Source: Lepidodermella squamata (lineage: Eukaryota; Animalia; Gastrotricha). From it: a stretch of 64,000 nucleotides of DNA. Made by a program: the position numbers and the translations under genes. Below are positions 1-11,448 of the stretch, piece after piece. The notes under the pieces were generated by a model, which did not search any database, was not told the origin of the DNA, and was given only the letters and a program-made list of their open reading frames with translations. The DNA lies in NCBI GenBank assembly GCA_047495785.1, contig JBLDXI010000024.1:2170001-2234000 (forward strand), given 5' to 3'. Within the stretch, counting starts at the first letter, position 1. The number at the start of each line of letters is the position of its first letter.

Positions 1-520
1 ATAGACGGCGATGATGGCGCCTCTGTCGCTGAACTGATACGACTTAGGCGTCGATTCGACGAAGCTAGCCGGCTATCAGCTGATGTTACAACGTAACACG
101 TCGGCGGCTTCAATGAACTGCCATCACTAGGCGGTGTGTAGTGCAGCAAATGTCGATTCGCTCCACTTGACAAAGTACCATTACTGGTAAGGGACACTTG
201 CCTTTGATGAGACAACGGCATTTGCTGCTGGCAAAAAAAACAGGATCGGGTGTGAAATTATTGCTAATAATAACGCCGCTGTTATTATTACTATTATTGC
301 TATTGCTCACCTGCTGCTGTTGTAATAAGTTTGACTCGTTCTGCACGTCCGACGCCCAATGCACGTTGCGACGGGTTATTTTCGGGCTACTTGCGCTGTC
401 AATTGACAGGCGACTAGCCGCCGTAGCCAGCCAGTCGTTGATATAGCCGCTATTATTAGCCGCGTAATAACCAGTCGCTATGACATCTCTCGAATCTGCT
501 GCTACCTCCATTTTATGCAT
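1..520 (-). CDS. 5' part of an uncharacterised Ser-rich protein gene running off the left edge (exon ~520-311, intron ~310-229, exon ~228-1)
   Basis: ORF MHKMEVAADSRD...RRNVHWASD...QQQQ ends at a CAG|GTGAGC donor. After a TTTTTGCCAG acceptor the frame stays open to base 1 (QQMPLSHQRQ...SSPS). RRNVHW fits an RVxF/W PP1-docking motif. Confidence 0.5.
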
Positions 521-1119
521 GACTGGATGCGAAGGCACACAATAAATCGCACGCTCTAAAGAGGCTGTAAAAATCTTATCTTTTATAACACCGCGATGAG
601 AGCTATGCGAGAATATCGTATTTTTGCGCCTTTTAATAAGAAAGCGGCCGCGTCATACGCCGGATGTGACTCGGTAGGTTATTTATTTCTACATACTTTT
701 TATTTGCGCAGACATCTCTATTATTATTTCTGAGTCATCATCATCATGTTGTCTTATAACGGCCATAGCAGGGTGACTAAAATAGCTCACTTCAGTAGGT
801 GCCGCATTCACACGGTAAAGCGAAAAAAAATCCGAACAAATATTGTTTTTTTTCAAGAAAAACATTTTATTTTTCAAGAAAATACGCAAAAATTCACCGA
901 GCTGTTGTGTTTTTCTGCGGGTCATCTTTGGATCCCTCCTATATCAGATAATAATAACATGGAATAACGTGCACGAAAAATTATTATTATTATTCAAGGT
1001 TAGCGCAATATTAAAACCGGGTATTACAAGACTCACGATTTTTCGAAAGAAAAAAAATTGAAATATTTCGAAAAAAACTATCAAAAAAAATTGATCATCA
1101 GTCATTCGTGGCAGGTAGG

Positions 1120-1698
1120 CTATTTTTTGATGCCGTCGTGATAACCGAACATAAATTTCACGAATTCTGCAAAAAAAATTGAAATAAATAAAAATTAACG
1201 AAATTAATGAGAGATTAACCGTCGAAATTAATTTGCCCATCACCGTCAAGATCGGCTTCGGTAATTAGAGCTTCGACCTCTTCGTCTGACATTCGTTCGC
1301 CGAGCATGTTGCCGATAACTTGCTTCATCTCGACGGACGTAATAAAACCATTCCCGTCCTTGAAAAAATTAGTTAATGAAAGAAATTAATTTATCAAATT
1401 TTCGCATTTTTACCTTGTCGAAAATTTTGAAGCATTGCCGAATGTCGCGAAGAAAGTCCTTTTTACGACGTTGTTGAGCCATGACCTTGAGAAATTCGGG
1501 GAAATCGATGCCGGACGTGCTGTTAGTCGTGTCGATTGTCTGCAGCATTTCACAAACCTCCTGCTCGGACGCGGCTTGCCCTGACGAAATGAGCACCTGG
1601 GCAATTTCATGCGTGCTTATCGTGCCGCTTCGGTCACGGTCGAAGAAGCAGAAAGCGTCGTAATACTCTGATATTTGATCTTCAGTCAACTCTTTGCT
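1120..1698 (-). CDS. Calmodulin-like EF-hand protein (3 exons here: 1698-1414, 1358-1220, 1166-1120; start exon lies upstream)
   Basis: Spliced translation [31 protein letters not shown]...FKIFDK|[14 protein letters not shown]...[13 protein letters not shown]|[17 protein letters not shown]1, EF3 and EF4 loops are canonical and EF2 is degenerate. Intron phases are consistent. Confidence 0.9.
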
Positions 1699-2024
1699 CT
1701 ATTTAAAAAATGTCAAAAAATTTCATTTTACAATTTTTTAAATTATTATTATTTTTCTGGAGAGAATTCGAAAATCTCAGCAAAATCTTTTTCGATTTAA
1801 TTTGAGCTGGTTTTAATTAATTTAATTAAATAAAAAATTTACAAAAAATGGAAATTCCACCTTAATTTCTTGTACAAGTAATTTTTTGTTAACAAAAATA
1901 GTTTTTCGTGATTTCTCAAAGGGCTATTTTTCAAATAACTCGGCGGTTTTTCTACGAAGAGGCAATATATCATCGATTTTATAGTATTATGGAGTCCTTG
2001 CTTGAAACAAATTGAGGAAAAAAC

Positions 2025-2068
2025 GCGCCTTTTCCCAGCCGATCCGGGTTCAACTCCCGCCTGGCGCA
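2025..2068 (+). pseudogene. Internally deleted tRNA remnant (Gly-like), with acceptor ends and T-arm/B-box only
   Basis: GCGCC...TTCCCA...GATCCGGGTTCAACTCCCGCCTGGCGCA followed by TTTT. The 5' GCGCC pairs with the 3' GGCGC. There is no D-arm. Confidence 0.45.
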
Positions 2069-2174
2069 CATTTTCAAATTTTTTTTTATATTGGTTCGCA
2101 TATACAAATGAAATAACAAGTTGAGAACCTTTCGAGTCCCCGGTCGGCAATTTTCCGGCCTACTCCCCTTCTTT

Positions 2175-2367
2175 ATCGCTTCTCGGCCTTTTTGGCTATG
2201 ATCAAAGTGTAGTATCTGTTCTTTGTAGTTTAATATCTACAACGGCCTCCATGTGGGGCCTACGATATTAGCCCGATTTTTGGCTAACCGGGCAGGTGGC
2301 GCCAGCTTGCTGGACCCTGCCCAAGAGTCGGCCCGGTATTGCAGTGCCTCCGGGATTCGGCTCACCC
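2175..2367 (+). ncRNA. RNU2: U2 spliceosomal snRNA
   Basis: ATCGCTTCTCGGCCTTTTTGGCTATGATCAAAGTGTAGTATCTGTTCTT 5' end with the branch-point pairing region GTAGTA, Sm site GATTTTTGG, and stem IV loop TATTGCAGT. Confidence 0.97.
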
Positions 2368-2416
2368 CCAAAAGTGGGGGCATGAAAACAAAAACACGAT
2401 CTTACTATGTACTTAC

Positions 2417-2660
2417 AGCGTGTCCCAAAACTTGAGCAACTATTTTTAATTTGGCAAATTTTTGCAGGAAATTCCAGTAATTTTTCAAATAAACCTACCG
2501 AAAGAAAAGTCTATCCTTCCTCGCGATTTACCAGAAGAAATGAAAACTTTACCGAAAAAAACCTGGAAAAGCCCGATGGTAACGGGTTCGGTAAATTTCG
2601 GTATTTTACTCGGTTGAAACAAATTTCTCCGGACTTTTTTGATCCCATTTAAAAGTGACA
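2417..2660. repeat. Dispersed ~240-bp repeat, copy 1 (Tc1/mariner-like MITE end CAGCGTGTCCC)
   Basis: Colinear similarity to 3830-4048, e.g. CCCGATGG..GGTTCGGTAA(A)TTTCGGTATTTTAC and CCCATT..AA.GTGAC. Confidence 0.6.
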
Positions 2661-2981
2661 CACTTAATTTCTATTCTCATGATTTTTTGAATTTTGGATT
2701 TTAAATTTTTCTGGCCATGAGATGTGAGACAGTTCCATCCCATCCAGCACTCTCTACTTGGTGTGGTCGTAAAAAAATTCCAGTTAATTTATTCGAGCAA
2801 GGCTCCCTTATACAATCGATGAAGAATTGTCTGAACTTCATTTTGTTATCAAAACCGCCAAATCATTCGAAAGTAGCCCTTTGATATCATCGAAATTTTC
2901 CAGAGAGCTGCATTTTTTTATGTTTTCTACACTGCTCAACATCTTAAATTTTTGAATTTTAACGAAAAGCTGAAAACCTAC

Positions 2982-3673
2982 CCAATCCATACCAGCATGT
3001 CGATCACGAGTATTGCTAGTTTTCGCGAACGGATCCTCCCTTGGCTTGTTGCTTTCGTCGTAGTAGTACTCGGGATCGTCCTCGTCTGGCTCATCGCCCT
3101 TATCAGAGAAAGACGATGAAAAAGCTGACAAAACACTGCTAACACCGCACTGTTCCAGGGCGAGAAAATGATTGTTATTTAAGTGATTTTTACTGAATTT
3201 ATCCCGCGACTAACCTGCGCCAGGTAATCAGCATGCGCCTTCTGTTCCGGGCTCTTGAAATGACGGCTGAATTTTCGCCTCGACGCTGACGTTCCGGGTG
3301 TAGCCGGCGTTGCCATGCTATTGTAAGCATTCTCCGTGTAGAAGCCCAACGCAGCCGCTTGCCGTTGGAACTCGTCTACGTCGAAGTAGTCGAAGACAAA
3401 AGGCTGGCCGTCGGCGCTCATGAGGATCGACGGCGATGAGGGCCCGATTTCAGAGCTGAGCAGCGACGCGCAGTCGATGGTGCGCGGGACGTCTCGGCGG
3501 ATCTCCCACGGCGTTGGCGGTACCGTCGCCGGCTCGGCGGACATGTTCTCGATGACGATGCTACAGCCCGAGTCCGCCATCATATCACCGCCGGGCTGCT
3601 GATCGTCGCGGATGTAGCCGTCGAGGATGTCGCTCGACGCTTGGATGTTGATGACAGACGATACGACCGACAT
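2982..3673 (-). CDS. Uncharacterised acidic/low-complexity protein exons (3673-3215, 3149-2982); 3' end uncertain, possibly the N-terminal extension of the calmodulin-like gene
   Basis: Two ORFs are joined by a phase-0 GT-AG intron (CAG|GTTAG...AACAG|TGC). The second exon ends at a TGG|GTAGGT donor. Confidence 0.6.
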
Positions 3674-3829
3674 AATATATGTACAAGCCCTGTTCAAGTG
3701 GCTGTAATACCCTATTATGTTGCCGATGCGGATAATAGAATGTCAAGTGTTTGGTAAACATGCGGCACCGGATATGAGACATGCCGCAAGATAGCGACAA
3801 TAATTTAGGTCAAAGTAATAAGATAACTG

Positions 3830-4048
3830 CAGCGTGTCCCATTTTTAATTTTGCATATTTTTTGGGAAATTGACCTAATTTTTTTCAAAAGTTGAATCCA
3901 AAGGGACAATCCTATACCCAAGAATTTACTGACGAAAATAATCGGAAAATAACCCGCAAAACCCCGATGGCAGCTGGTTCGGTAATTTCGGTATTTTACC
4001 TGGTTAGGCCAAATTTCTACGCATTCTTTAACCCCATTGAAAGGTGAC
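3830..4048. repeat. Dispersed ~220-bp repeat, copy 2
   Basis: Similar to 2417-2660. Confidence 0.6.
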
Positions 4049-5792
4049 CTAATTCATGGCATTTTTTAATAATTTTTCTAGCCTAAAATTATAGGATTTT
4101 TCATAAAATGCGCCAATTTTTTTCGGAATCGAATTTGACCTAATCGTAAACGGAATCCTTAATTTTAGCTTTGTAGGACTTTTAAGATTATAGGCTTTAA
4201 ATTTATCAGAATTTTCGAAATTATTAAAATTTGAATCGAACCAATATATTATCGAATTTTCTAGAATCGAAAAAAATGCAAAAAGCAAAAAGCAATGCCA
4301 AAAAAATCGCTGAAATCATTAGGTGAAAAATATTTATTTTTGTCGATATTCAGCGCTGATTGCTGAAATCAGAGTTGTGCTGTGAGAACATGGCGGAAAA
4401 GTGTACGTTGGTTCAACCTAATCATCAGACCGTTGTGCGTCGAACAAATAAAACAGAACGGGCGTGGGGCTCATCGCGCTCGAAATCTTACATAATAAAA
4501 ACTCATCGAGCAATAATTTCCCGCGGGCTATATATCATAACAACAACAGAATATGCGAAAGGTTATAAGGATTCACGTGGACGCAAAATGAGGTGGATGG
4601 AAGAGAGGCGAGGGCGGGTTAGAATCGACGGTCTGATGTAATCATCGCAAGTTGCGTATTATAGGCCTGGGAATAAAAAAAAGCTGGCATTTGTTCCGAG
4701 CACACGAGAAGTGCTGCGCTAAACTTCCTTCATTTTCAGCAGCTCTGGCCTTATTCCGACCGCCGGCGTTTCTTCTAGACACCACCACACATGCACATGC
4801 TGCTCATCACCAGTTGGCGCAAATATCCGGACTTAGCGGGTTTTCTCCACCGTCTAATCTCTTTCTACCTTTTTACGCACCCTGTTGTATATACATTCCA
4901 CGCCACTTTCATCGGCTCGCCCTCTCACGGCCGGTTTTTTTTGCGCGCACAGACATCGCCTGCTCATCGCCCTATTACCTACTATAACATACACCATCGA
5001 CTCATTTTTTATCGATAAAATATTATTGGGATGAACGTTCTCGTGCCGTTTTTTTTATGACGTGGCGCGATTTTATTTGTTTTATTGCTATTTATATTAT
5101 CATTTCATTATTTATTTCTCGCAAAACATTGCGGTTTTTTTATAATCGAGGCCCATCTCTCTTAAGACCATGTTCCGCAGATGTTGCAGCGCAACTTGAT
5201 TGATTTCAAGATAGGTATAGCGTCTTTCGCGCTATTTATAACACATGCCAATATAAATAGATTTGGCAAGTAAAAGAAATAGGGCGCATCTAATTTGGGG
5301 AAAATATAAACAAAACTCGGGACAATTCTTCACGATTTGGGAAAATCCTCCTTAAAGCCTTGAATCGAAAATAATTCTTTGGCCTCGATATAGAATATAG
5401 ACACTTCATCGCTCAATCGATTTTTCAGCCGATTCAAGATTGAATAAATATTGAACTCTGTAATTTTGGAAAATTTGAAAAAGAGAAAGCTCTTCACAAA
5501 AGGATTTTGCATTAAGCTGGACTTTTTCAAATGCAATAATCATGTGCATAAACCTGTATAATATTTATTTCACAACAAAATGGTGAATAAAGGGAAAACA
5601 AAAATAATATCCTTCTGGAGCAAAAAAATAATTTCTTCAGATCGTCATTCAAACATCAGATCACAGATATTTTTTCGAAGAAGGTCAACAATAACTTCAT
5701 AAGCTATAAGTATTGCACAAGCTATCACGAATTTAGTCAAGTATAGCCAGTTATTTGTTTGTCACATTGGCTGAAATTTCAGCTGAAGATAG

Positions 5793-6968
5793 TCAAAAGA
5801 CGGCAATGCAACAAAGAATCATCATCAGCGTAATTGAAAAAAATTGACGAGGCTCAGCTGAGTTATTCTGCGGCGTCGTTGATGTTCCATTCTCGGCAAG
5901 TAATGCATTCGATTCGGCAGTTGGACCGGCCTTTGTTTCGAGCGTCGATGCTTTATCAGTGGTCGCAGTAGTAACAGGCGTAGTAGCTGCAGTAGTAACA
6001 GATCGGGATTTGGTATTCGATGCTTTATCAGTGGTCGTAGTACTGACAGTCGTAGTAGCTGCAGTAGTAACATATGAGGGCTTGGTACGTTTAGTAGCAA
6101 TCGGACTTTCTTGACCGGGTTGAGCTGGGATCTTCTTCGGCGTCGTTGATGTTCCATTCCCAGCAGCTAAAGCATTCGATTCGGCAGTTGGACCGGCCTT
6201 TGTAACGAGCGTCGATGCTTTAGAAGTGGCCGTAATACTGGCAATAGTAGTAGCTGCAGTAGTAACTGATGAAGATTTGGTAGTTTTTATAGTGGTAGCA
6301 ATCGGATTTTTTTTCCCGGCATCTGCATGGATGGGCTCAGGTGTAGAAATAGTTGACGACTTGGCAGTGGAATTCGATTGAGTTGTGTTTCCCTTCGCAG
6401 CAATTGAAGAAGTTGAAGCTACTGAATCAAGTTTCGTCGAATTCGCAGCATTCGCAGTAACATTGCTAGTTGTTGCAACAACAAATGAAGATGAGGTAGA
6501 ATTCGATTCAGTTTTGTTTCCATTTTCAGACTTCGAAAATATCTGATTACTGGTCTTCGTAGTTAGCCCATCCTTTGCCGTGTGATTCGAGAAATTACCA
6601 CCAGTTTTCAAACCAGCATTCGGCTCAGATGAAGAAAAACCCAAGTACCTAGACCCAGTTGTGAAATTCGATTGAGTAATGTTTTCATTTTCGAAGGCGG
6701 AGAAATTTGTCGTCGTAGCTTCTGGAATCACAGCACTGGTGGTGAAAGCCTGCTTCGCCGCAGTTGTAGTAGCAGGCTCAAAGGAAGAAATTGTCGCAGT
6801 GGTAGTAGTCGGCTGCGAGGAAAACTCGGCAGTAGTCGACGAATTTTTGGGTGAAACGAAATCACCCATAAAATTTAAAGCCGAATCAAGCCAATTAGCG
6901 GAAACGCTATCAATAGGCAGCATAGCAGACCAAGCGGCAGATACAATTAACACCAAAGCTGGTTTCAT
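5793..6968 (-). CDS. Secreted, probably GPI-anchored Ser/Thr-rich mucin-like protein (391 aa)
   Basis: Signal peptide MKPALVLIVSAAWSAML..VSA, T/S/A-rich body with many NxS/T sites and an internal duplication, and a C-terminal NSA + hydrophobic tail. Confidence 0.85.
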   Translation of the reverse strand: MKPALVLIVSAAWSAMLPIDSVSANWLDSALNFMGDFVSPKNSSTTAEFSSQPTTTTATISSFEPATTTAAKQAFTTSAVIPEATTTNFSAFENENITQSNFTTGSRYLGFSSSEPNAGLKTGGNFSNHTAKDGLTTKTSNQIFSKSENGNKTESNSTSSSFVVATTSNVTANAANSTKLDSVASTSSIAAKGNTTQSNSTAKSSTISTPEPIHADAGKKNPIATTIKTTKSSSVTTAATTIASITATSKASTLVTKAGPTAESNALAAGNGTSTTPKKIPAQPGQESPIATKRTKPSYVTTAATTTVSTTTTDKASNTKSRSVTTAATTPVTTATTDKASTLETKAGPTAESNALLAENGTSTTPQNNSAEPRQFFSITLMMILCCIAVF

Positions 6969-7239
6969 CCTTCCCGAAAATCAGACGATAAAGATGGCTA
7001 AAGAAAAATAAATTTTTAAATTAAAAAAAAAACCCAGAGATGTCTTCATTTTTTCGAATGAATTTCGAGTTAATTCCAAAACAGCAATAATACAATCGTC
7101 ATCTTACAAGAACTCAGTGACTGAAAACTAGCACTAATTCATGTCATATTCGCATTGAAGATTGATTTTTCAGCCCTAACCGATTAGAGGTAACATTAAG
7201 GCAAAAATATGCCAAAGATTTTGATAGACTAAAAAGCTC

Positions 7240-7660
7240 AGATAACTATAAACAAAACAAAACAAAGCAACGTAACAGTCAAAGAGGAAAAAACCAGAAA
7301 TTCAGCGGAATAAAATCGAGAGAAATGACGATTTCGAATTATTACTGCGAGTGGCGTGTTTGCTGCCACGCGGTCGAAGAAAAAAGCTTGACCTCAAGCA
7401 CGCGATGCGCGTTTTATTGCCAAAAGTGTGATGATAATTGGCGAAAGTGCGTCCAAGAAAAAGTTGGCCATGTTATCTCTCTCGCCGTCGTCGTCGTCGT
7501 CGTCGTCGTTCAACATTATTATTGCTATACATGGTCAAGTCGCAATTGACAATTAATTGGCGAGACTGATAAAAGAACACCGGAAATGATAAAGCGATAA
7601 AAATTAATTTCAAAATTAATAGATTGAATTAATGATCGAAAACAACGCAAATTGTCGTCC
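7240..7660. repeat. Duplicated upstream/promoter block (copy of 13190-13595)
   Basis: Near-identical stretch GGAATAAAATCGAGAGAAATGACGATTTCG...GAAATGATAAAGCGATAAAA at both sites. It includes a remnant of the ankyrin gene start (ATGATCGAAAACAACGCAAATTG vs ATGACCCAAAACAACGCTAATTG). Confidence 0.9.
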
Positions 7661-8314
7661 ACCACAATTGCCGCTCAGAATTTTTCAAATTTACTGAAAA
7701 AATCAAACGAAATAATTTCGTCGCTGATGATTTTCCATAATTTTTAAATAATTTCGTTTGATTTTTTCTGTAAATTTGAAAAATTCTGAGCGGCAATTGG
7801 AATTGAATAGGGACTTTGCTTGACCAATGAAAGTCGCGTTGCCACCGATGTAGGTTTGCATCTAATGAGGACCACTGTCTATTATTGGGCTTTTCGGCCG
7901 GGGTTTTCAAGATTTGACATCATGTTGCATATCGGGTTAATATTAGTGTCTCAGCCGCTTAATTCAAACGTTTTAATTCTGGAGCTGCCACCATAAGTTT
8001 GGAATTTTTAATCTTCCAAGTCTAATGGAATGGCCGAATTTTCAATCTGCTGTCTGCTTACAGAAATCTCCCAAAGCCGCGAACACAAATTAACACGAAA
8101 AAACAACAGATACCGCATTATTCCATGCTTCATTATTGTATTTTTATTATGATAAATAATGGGAAAACGAAAACATAACAGATATTTCACATATTTCAGG
8201 AGCAATAAATAATTTCTTCTGATCATCATTTTAAACATCAGATCACACGAATACGTATTGCCAATTGTATACAGTCATTTTTTGTCACTTCGGCTGAAAA
8301 TTAGCTGAAGATAT

Positions 8315-11284
8315 TCAAAAGGCTTTGATGCAAATGGCCGAAGCTAGAGCCATCATCAGTGTAATCAAAGAAAATTGACCCGGTTGAGCTGAATTTTTCA
8401 TATCATCAAACGTATCCGAATCAGCTAAGGCGGCCTGCAATACGAGCTTCGAGGATTCAGCAGCAGTCGTTCTAGTAGCATTCATCCAAGGAACGGGCTT
8501 CAAAACCGGTTTAGCAGTAGTAGCTTTTTTAATTTCGATCCATAGATCTATCCATCCTTTAATCCGAACAGGTTGAGTTGAGTTTCTCTTTGACATCGCT
8601 TCGGCTAACACATTCGATTCAGCAGCAGCAGCCTTCAGTACCAGCTTCAATAGTTCAGCGGAAGTCGTATTAGAAGAATTCATCCAATCGATGAAAGGAT
8701 CGAACAATTCATCAATTGGGTACCATCGACCCGTTACATTCCCTTTAGATAATTCATCCGAGTCAGTAACGGGCTTCGGAACCGGTTTGGCAGTAGTAGC
8801 TTTTTTCATTTCGATCCAATGATCTATCCATCCTTTAATCCGACCAGGTTGAGTTAAGTTTCTCTTTGACATCGCTTCAGCTAACACATCCGATTCAGCA
8901 GCAGCAGCCTTCAGTACCAGCTTGAATGGTTCAGCGGAAGTCGTATTAGAAGAATTCATCCAAGGATCGAACAATTCATCAATTGGGTACCATCGACCCG
9001 TTACGTTCCCTTTAGATAATTCATCCGAGTCAGTAACGAGCTTCAAAACCGGTTTAGCAGTAGTAGCTTTTTTAATTTCGATCCATAGATCTACCCATCC
9101 TTTAATCCGCCCAGGTTGAGTTAAGTTTCTTTTTGACATCGCTTCAGCTAACACATCCGATTCAGCAGCAGGAGCCTTCAGTACCAGCTTCAATGGTTCA
9201 GCTGATGTCGTATTAGAAGCATTCATCCAAGGATCGAACAATTCATGAATTGAATACCCTCGACCCGATACATTCTCTTTAGCCAATTCATCCGAGTCAG
9301 TAACGGGCTTTAAAACCGGTTTAGCAGTAGTAGCTTTTTTACTTTCGATCAATAGACCTATCCATCCTTTAATCCGACCAGGTTGAGTTGAGTTTCTCTT
9401 TGACATCGCTTCAGCTAACACATCCGATTCAGCAGCAGCAGCCTTCAGTACCAGCTTCAATAGTTCAGCGGAAGTCGTATTAGAAGAATTCATCCAAGGA
9501 TCGAACAATTCATCAATTGGATACCCTCGACCCTTTGCATTCCCTTTAGATAATCCATCCGATTCAGTGACGGGCTTCAAAACCGGTTTATCAGTAGTAG
9601 CTTTTTTCATTTCGATCAAATGATCTATCCATCCTTTAATCCGACCAGGTAGAGTTAACTTTCTCTTTGACATCGCTTCAGCAAACACATCCGATTCAGC
9701 AGCAGCAGCCATCAGTACCAGCTTGAATGGTTTAGCGGAAGTCGTATTAGAAGAATTCATCCAAGGATCGAACAATTCACGAATTGGATACCATCGACCC
9801 GTTACGTTCTCTTTAGATAATCCATCCGAGTTAGTATCGGGTTTCAATAACGAAGTCGTATTAGCTGTATCCGACCAATGACCTAACCAGCCAAACCAGC
9901 CCAAACTTTGCAACGATGATGGCCCCTGATGAGCTGAGGTGCTATTCCCAGCCGCTCCATTCTCTTCAACTGAAGCATCCGAGTCAGCAGCAGCGGCCTT
10001 CAATACGAGCTTCGATGGTTCAGCAGTTGTCGTATTAGCTGCAGCCAACCAAGGATCGGCCCAGTTATTAATCGGGAACCGTTGGCCGGGTTGAGCTGTT
10101 TTGCTATTAGACGTCGCTTCAATCTCTTCAGATAATTCAACCGAGTCAGCAGTGGGAGTCAATAACGGTGCAGCCGGAGTCGTAGTAACTGGATTCAACC
10201 AATGATCTTGCCACCATGGATTACTCATCGTAACCCATCGACTCGCTTCATTCTCTTCATCCGAGTCAGTAGTCGCTGGAGCCGCTGGAGGAGTCCACCA
10301 TTCATCTAAATTAAAAAATCGACCCGTTTTTTTTTCTCCAAATAATTCATCCGAGTCAGTAGTGGTCTTCAATACCGGTTTAGCAGTAGTAGCTTTTTTC
10401 ATTTCGACAGGCTCCGTCCAACCAATCCATACAGGAGCTGCAGGTGAAAACCTTGTACTCGCTTCCATCGAATCATCATCGAACGTCGGATAACGTCGAC
10501 CCGGTTTAGCAGTAGTAGCAGGTAGGGACTTTTCACCCGTGTGAGCGGTCACAAACGCACCTCTTCCCTCGGCGATCCATAGATCTATCCATCCTTTCCG
10601 AGCAGGCTGAGTTAAGTTTCTCTTTGACATCGCTTCATCCTCTTCAGTTAACTCATCCGAGTTGGCAGCGGCCTTCGACACGAGCTTAAATGATTTAGTA
10701 GTAGTTGTGGTGAATGAAGGCCTTTTCTTTGTCATAAATTTCGCAATCGCCTTTCTTCTCTCAGCAGGTTTCATCCGTGCTATCCTTTTAAAAATGACAG
10801 ACGTAGTGGCTGCAGTAGTAACGGGTGAGGACGTTTTACTTGTGATAGACGTCGCAAGCGCACTGCTTCCGTCAACATTTTCAATCCATAGATCTATCCA
10901 ACCATAAATCCGCAGAGAAAAAAATTTGGGAGCTGAGGGCCCATCGGTTGTGCTTTCCTTCGCAGCAATCGAGGAGGTTCCAGTTACTGAATCAAATTTT
11001 TTCGACTTTTCAGCATCCATACTGACAGGTTTCGTACTTGTATAGGCAGGGGTTGGGCTGGTCTTCGTCGCAGCTTTCACGATCAAAGTTCTGAGGATAA
11101 ATGGACGCTTCCTCGTAGTAGATGGCAGTGAAGAAAAATTGGCAGAAGTCGGCGGTTTTTTTGTTGAATAAAACCAATCACCGACTAATTTAGCTTTCCA
11201 TTCAAACCAATTAGCGGAAACGTAATCAATTGACAGCCAAGTAGACACAGCGGCTAAAACAATCAACACCAAGACGTGATTCAT
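8315..11284 (-). CDS. Secreted/GPI-type repeat protein (989 aa) with ~5 tandem 89-aa Trp-containing repeats
   Basis: Signal peptide paralogous to its neighbours, a 267-bp repeat period (markers at 8521, 8797, 9064, 9331, 9598), and a C-terminal NSAQPGQFSLITLMMALASAICIKAF tail. Confidence 0.85.
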   Translation of the reverse strand: MNHVLVLIVLAAVSTWLSIDYVSANWFEWKAKLVGDWFYSTKKPPTSANFSSLPSTTRKRPFILRTLIVKAATKTSPTPAYTSTKPVSMDAEKSKKFDSVTGTSSIAAKESTTDGPSAPKFFSLRIYGWIDLWIENVDGSSALATSITSKTSSPVTTAATTSVIFKRIARMKPAERRKAIAKFMTKKRPSFTTTTTKSFKLVSKAAANSDELTEEDEAMSKRNLTQPARKGWIDLWIAEGRGAFVTAHTGEKSLPATTAKPGRRYPTFDDDSMEASTRFSPAAPVWIGWTEPVEMKKATTAKPVLKTTTDSDELFGEKKTGRFFNLDEWWTPPAAPATTDSDEENEASRWVTMSNPWWQDHWLNPVTTTPAAPLLTPTADSVELSEEIEATSNSKTAQPGQRFPINNWADPWLAAANTTTAEPSKLVLKAAAADSDASVEENGAAGNSTSAHQGPSSLQSLGWFGWLGHWSDTANTTSLLKPDTNSDGLSKENVTGRWYPIRELFDPWMNSSNTTSAKPFKLVLMAAAAESDVFAEAMSKRKLTLPGRIKGWIDHLIEMKKATTDKPVLKPVTESDGLSKGNAKGRGYPIDELFDPWMNSSNTTSAELLKLVLKAAAAESDVLAEAMSKRNSTQPGRIKGWIGLLIESKKATTAKPVLKPVTDSDELAKENVSGRGYSIHELFDPWMNASNTTSAEPLKLVLKAPAAESDVLAEAMSKRNLTQPGRIKGWVDLWIEIKKATTAKPVLKLVTDSDELSKGNVTGRWYPIDELFDPWMNSSNTTSAEPFKLVLKAAAAESDVLAEAMSKRNLTQPGRIKGWIDHWIEMKKATTAKPVPKPVTDSDELSKGNVTGRWYPIDELFDPFIDWMNSSNTTSAELLKLVLKAAAAESNVLAEAMSKRNSTQPVRIKGWIDLWIEIKKATTAKPVLKPVPWMNATRTTAAESSKLVLQAALADSDTFDDMKNSAQPGQFSLITLMMALASAICIKAF

Positions 11285-11448
11285 TTTTTGAAGAAAATCA
11301 GCCGGTTAAAACGGCTAAAAAAATTGATTTGAAAAAATTAACAAAAAAAACCAAGATATTTCAATTTTTCAACGGCGAATTTCATTTTTCAAAAAATAAT
11401 CAGATAATGAGCGCAAGTTTATTTAAAAGCAGCAAAAAATATAGGTCG

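Noticed and set aside
7325-7549. Duplicated 74-75-aa ORFs (also 13259-13486) as a small gene family
   Set aside because: The two copies shift frame relative to each other after an A-run. The conservation is at DNA level (duplicated upstream block).
8480-9830. Regular repeats as a CRISPR-like array or satellite
   Set aside because: The units are in-frame 267-bp coding repeats without unique spacers, in a eukaryotic context.
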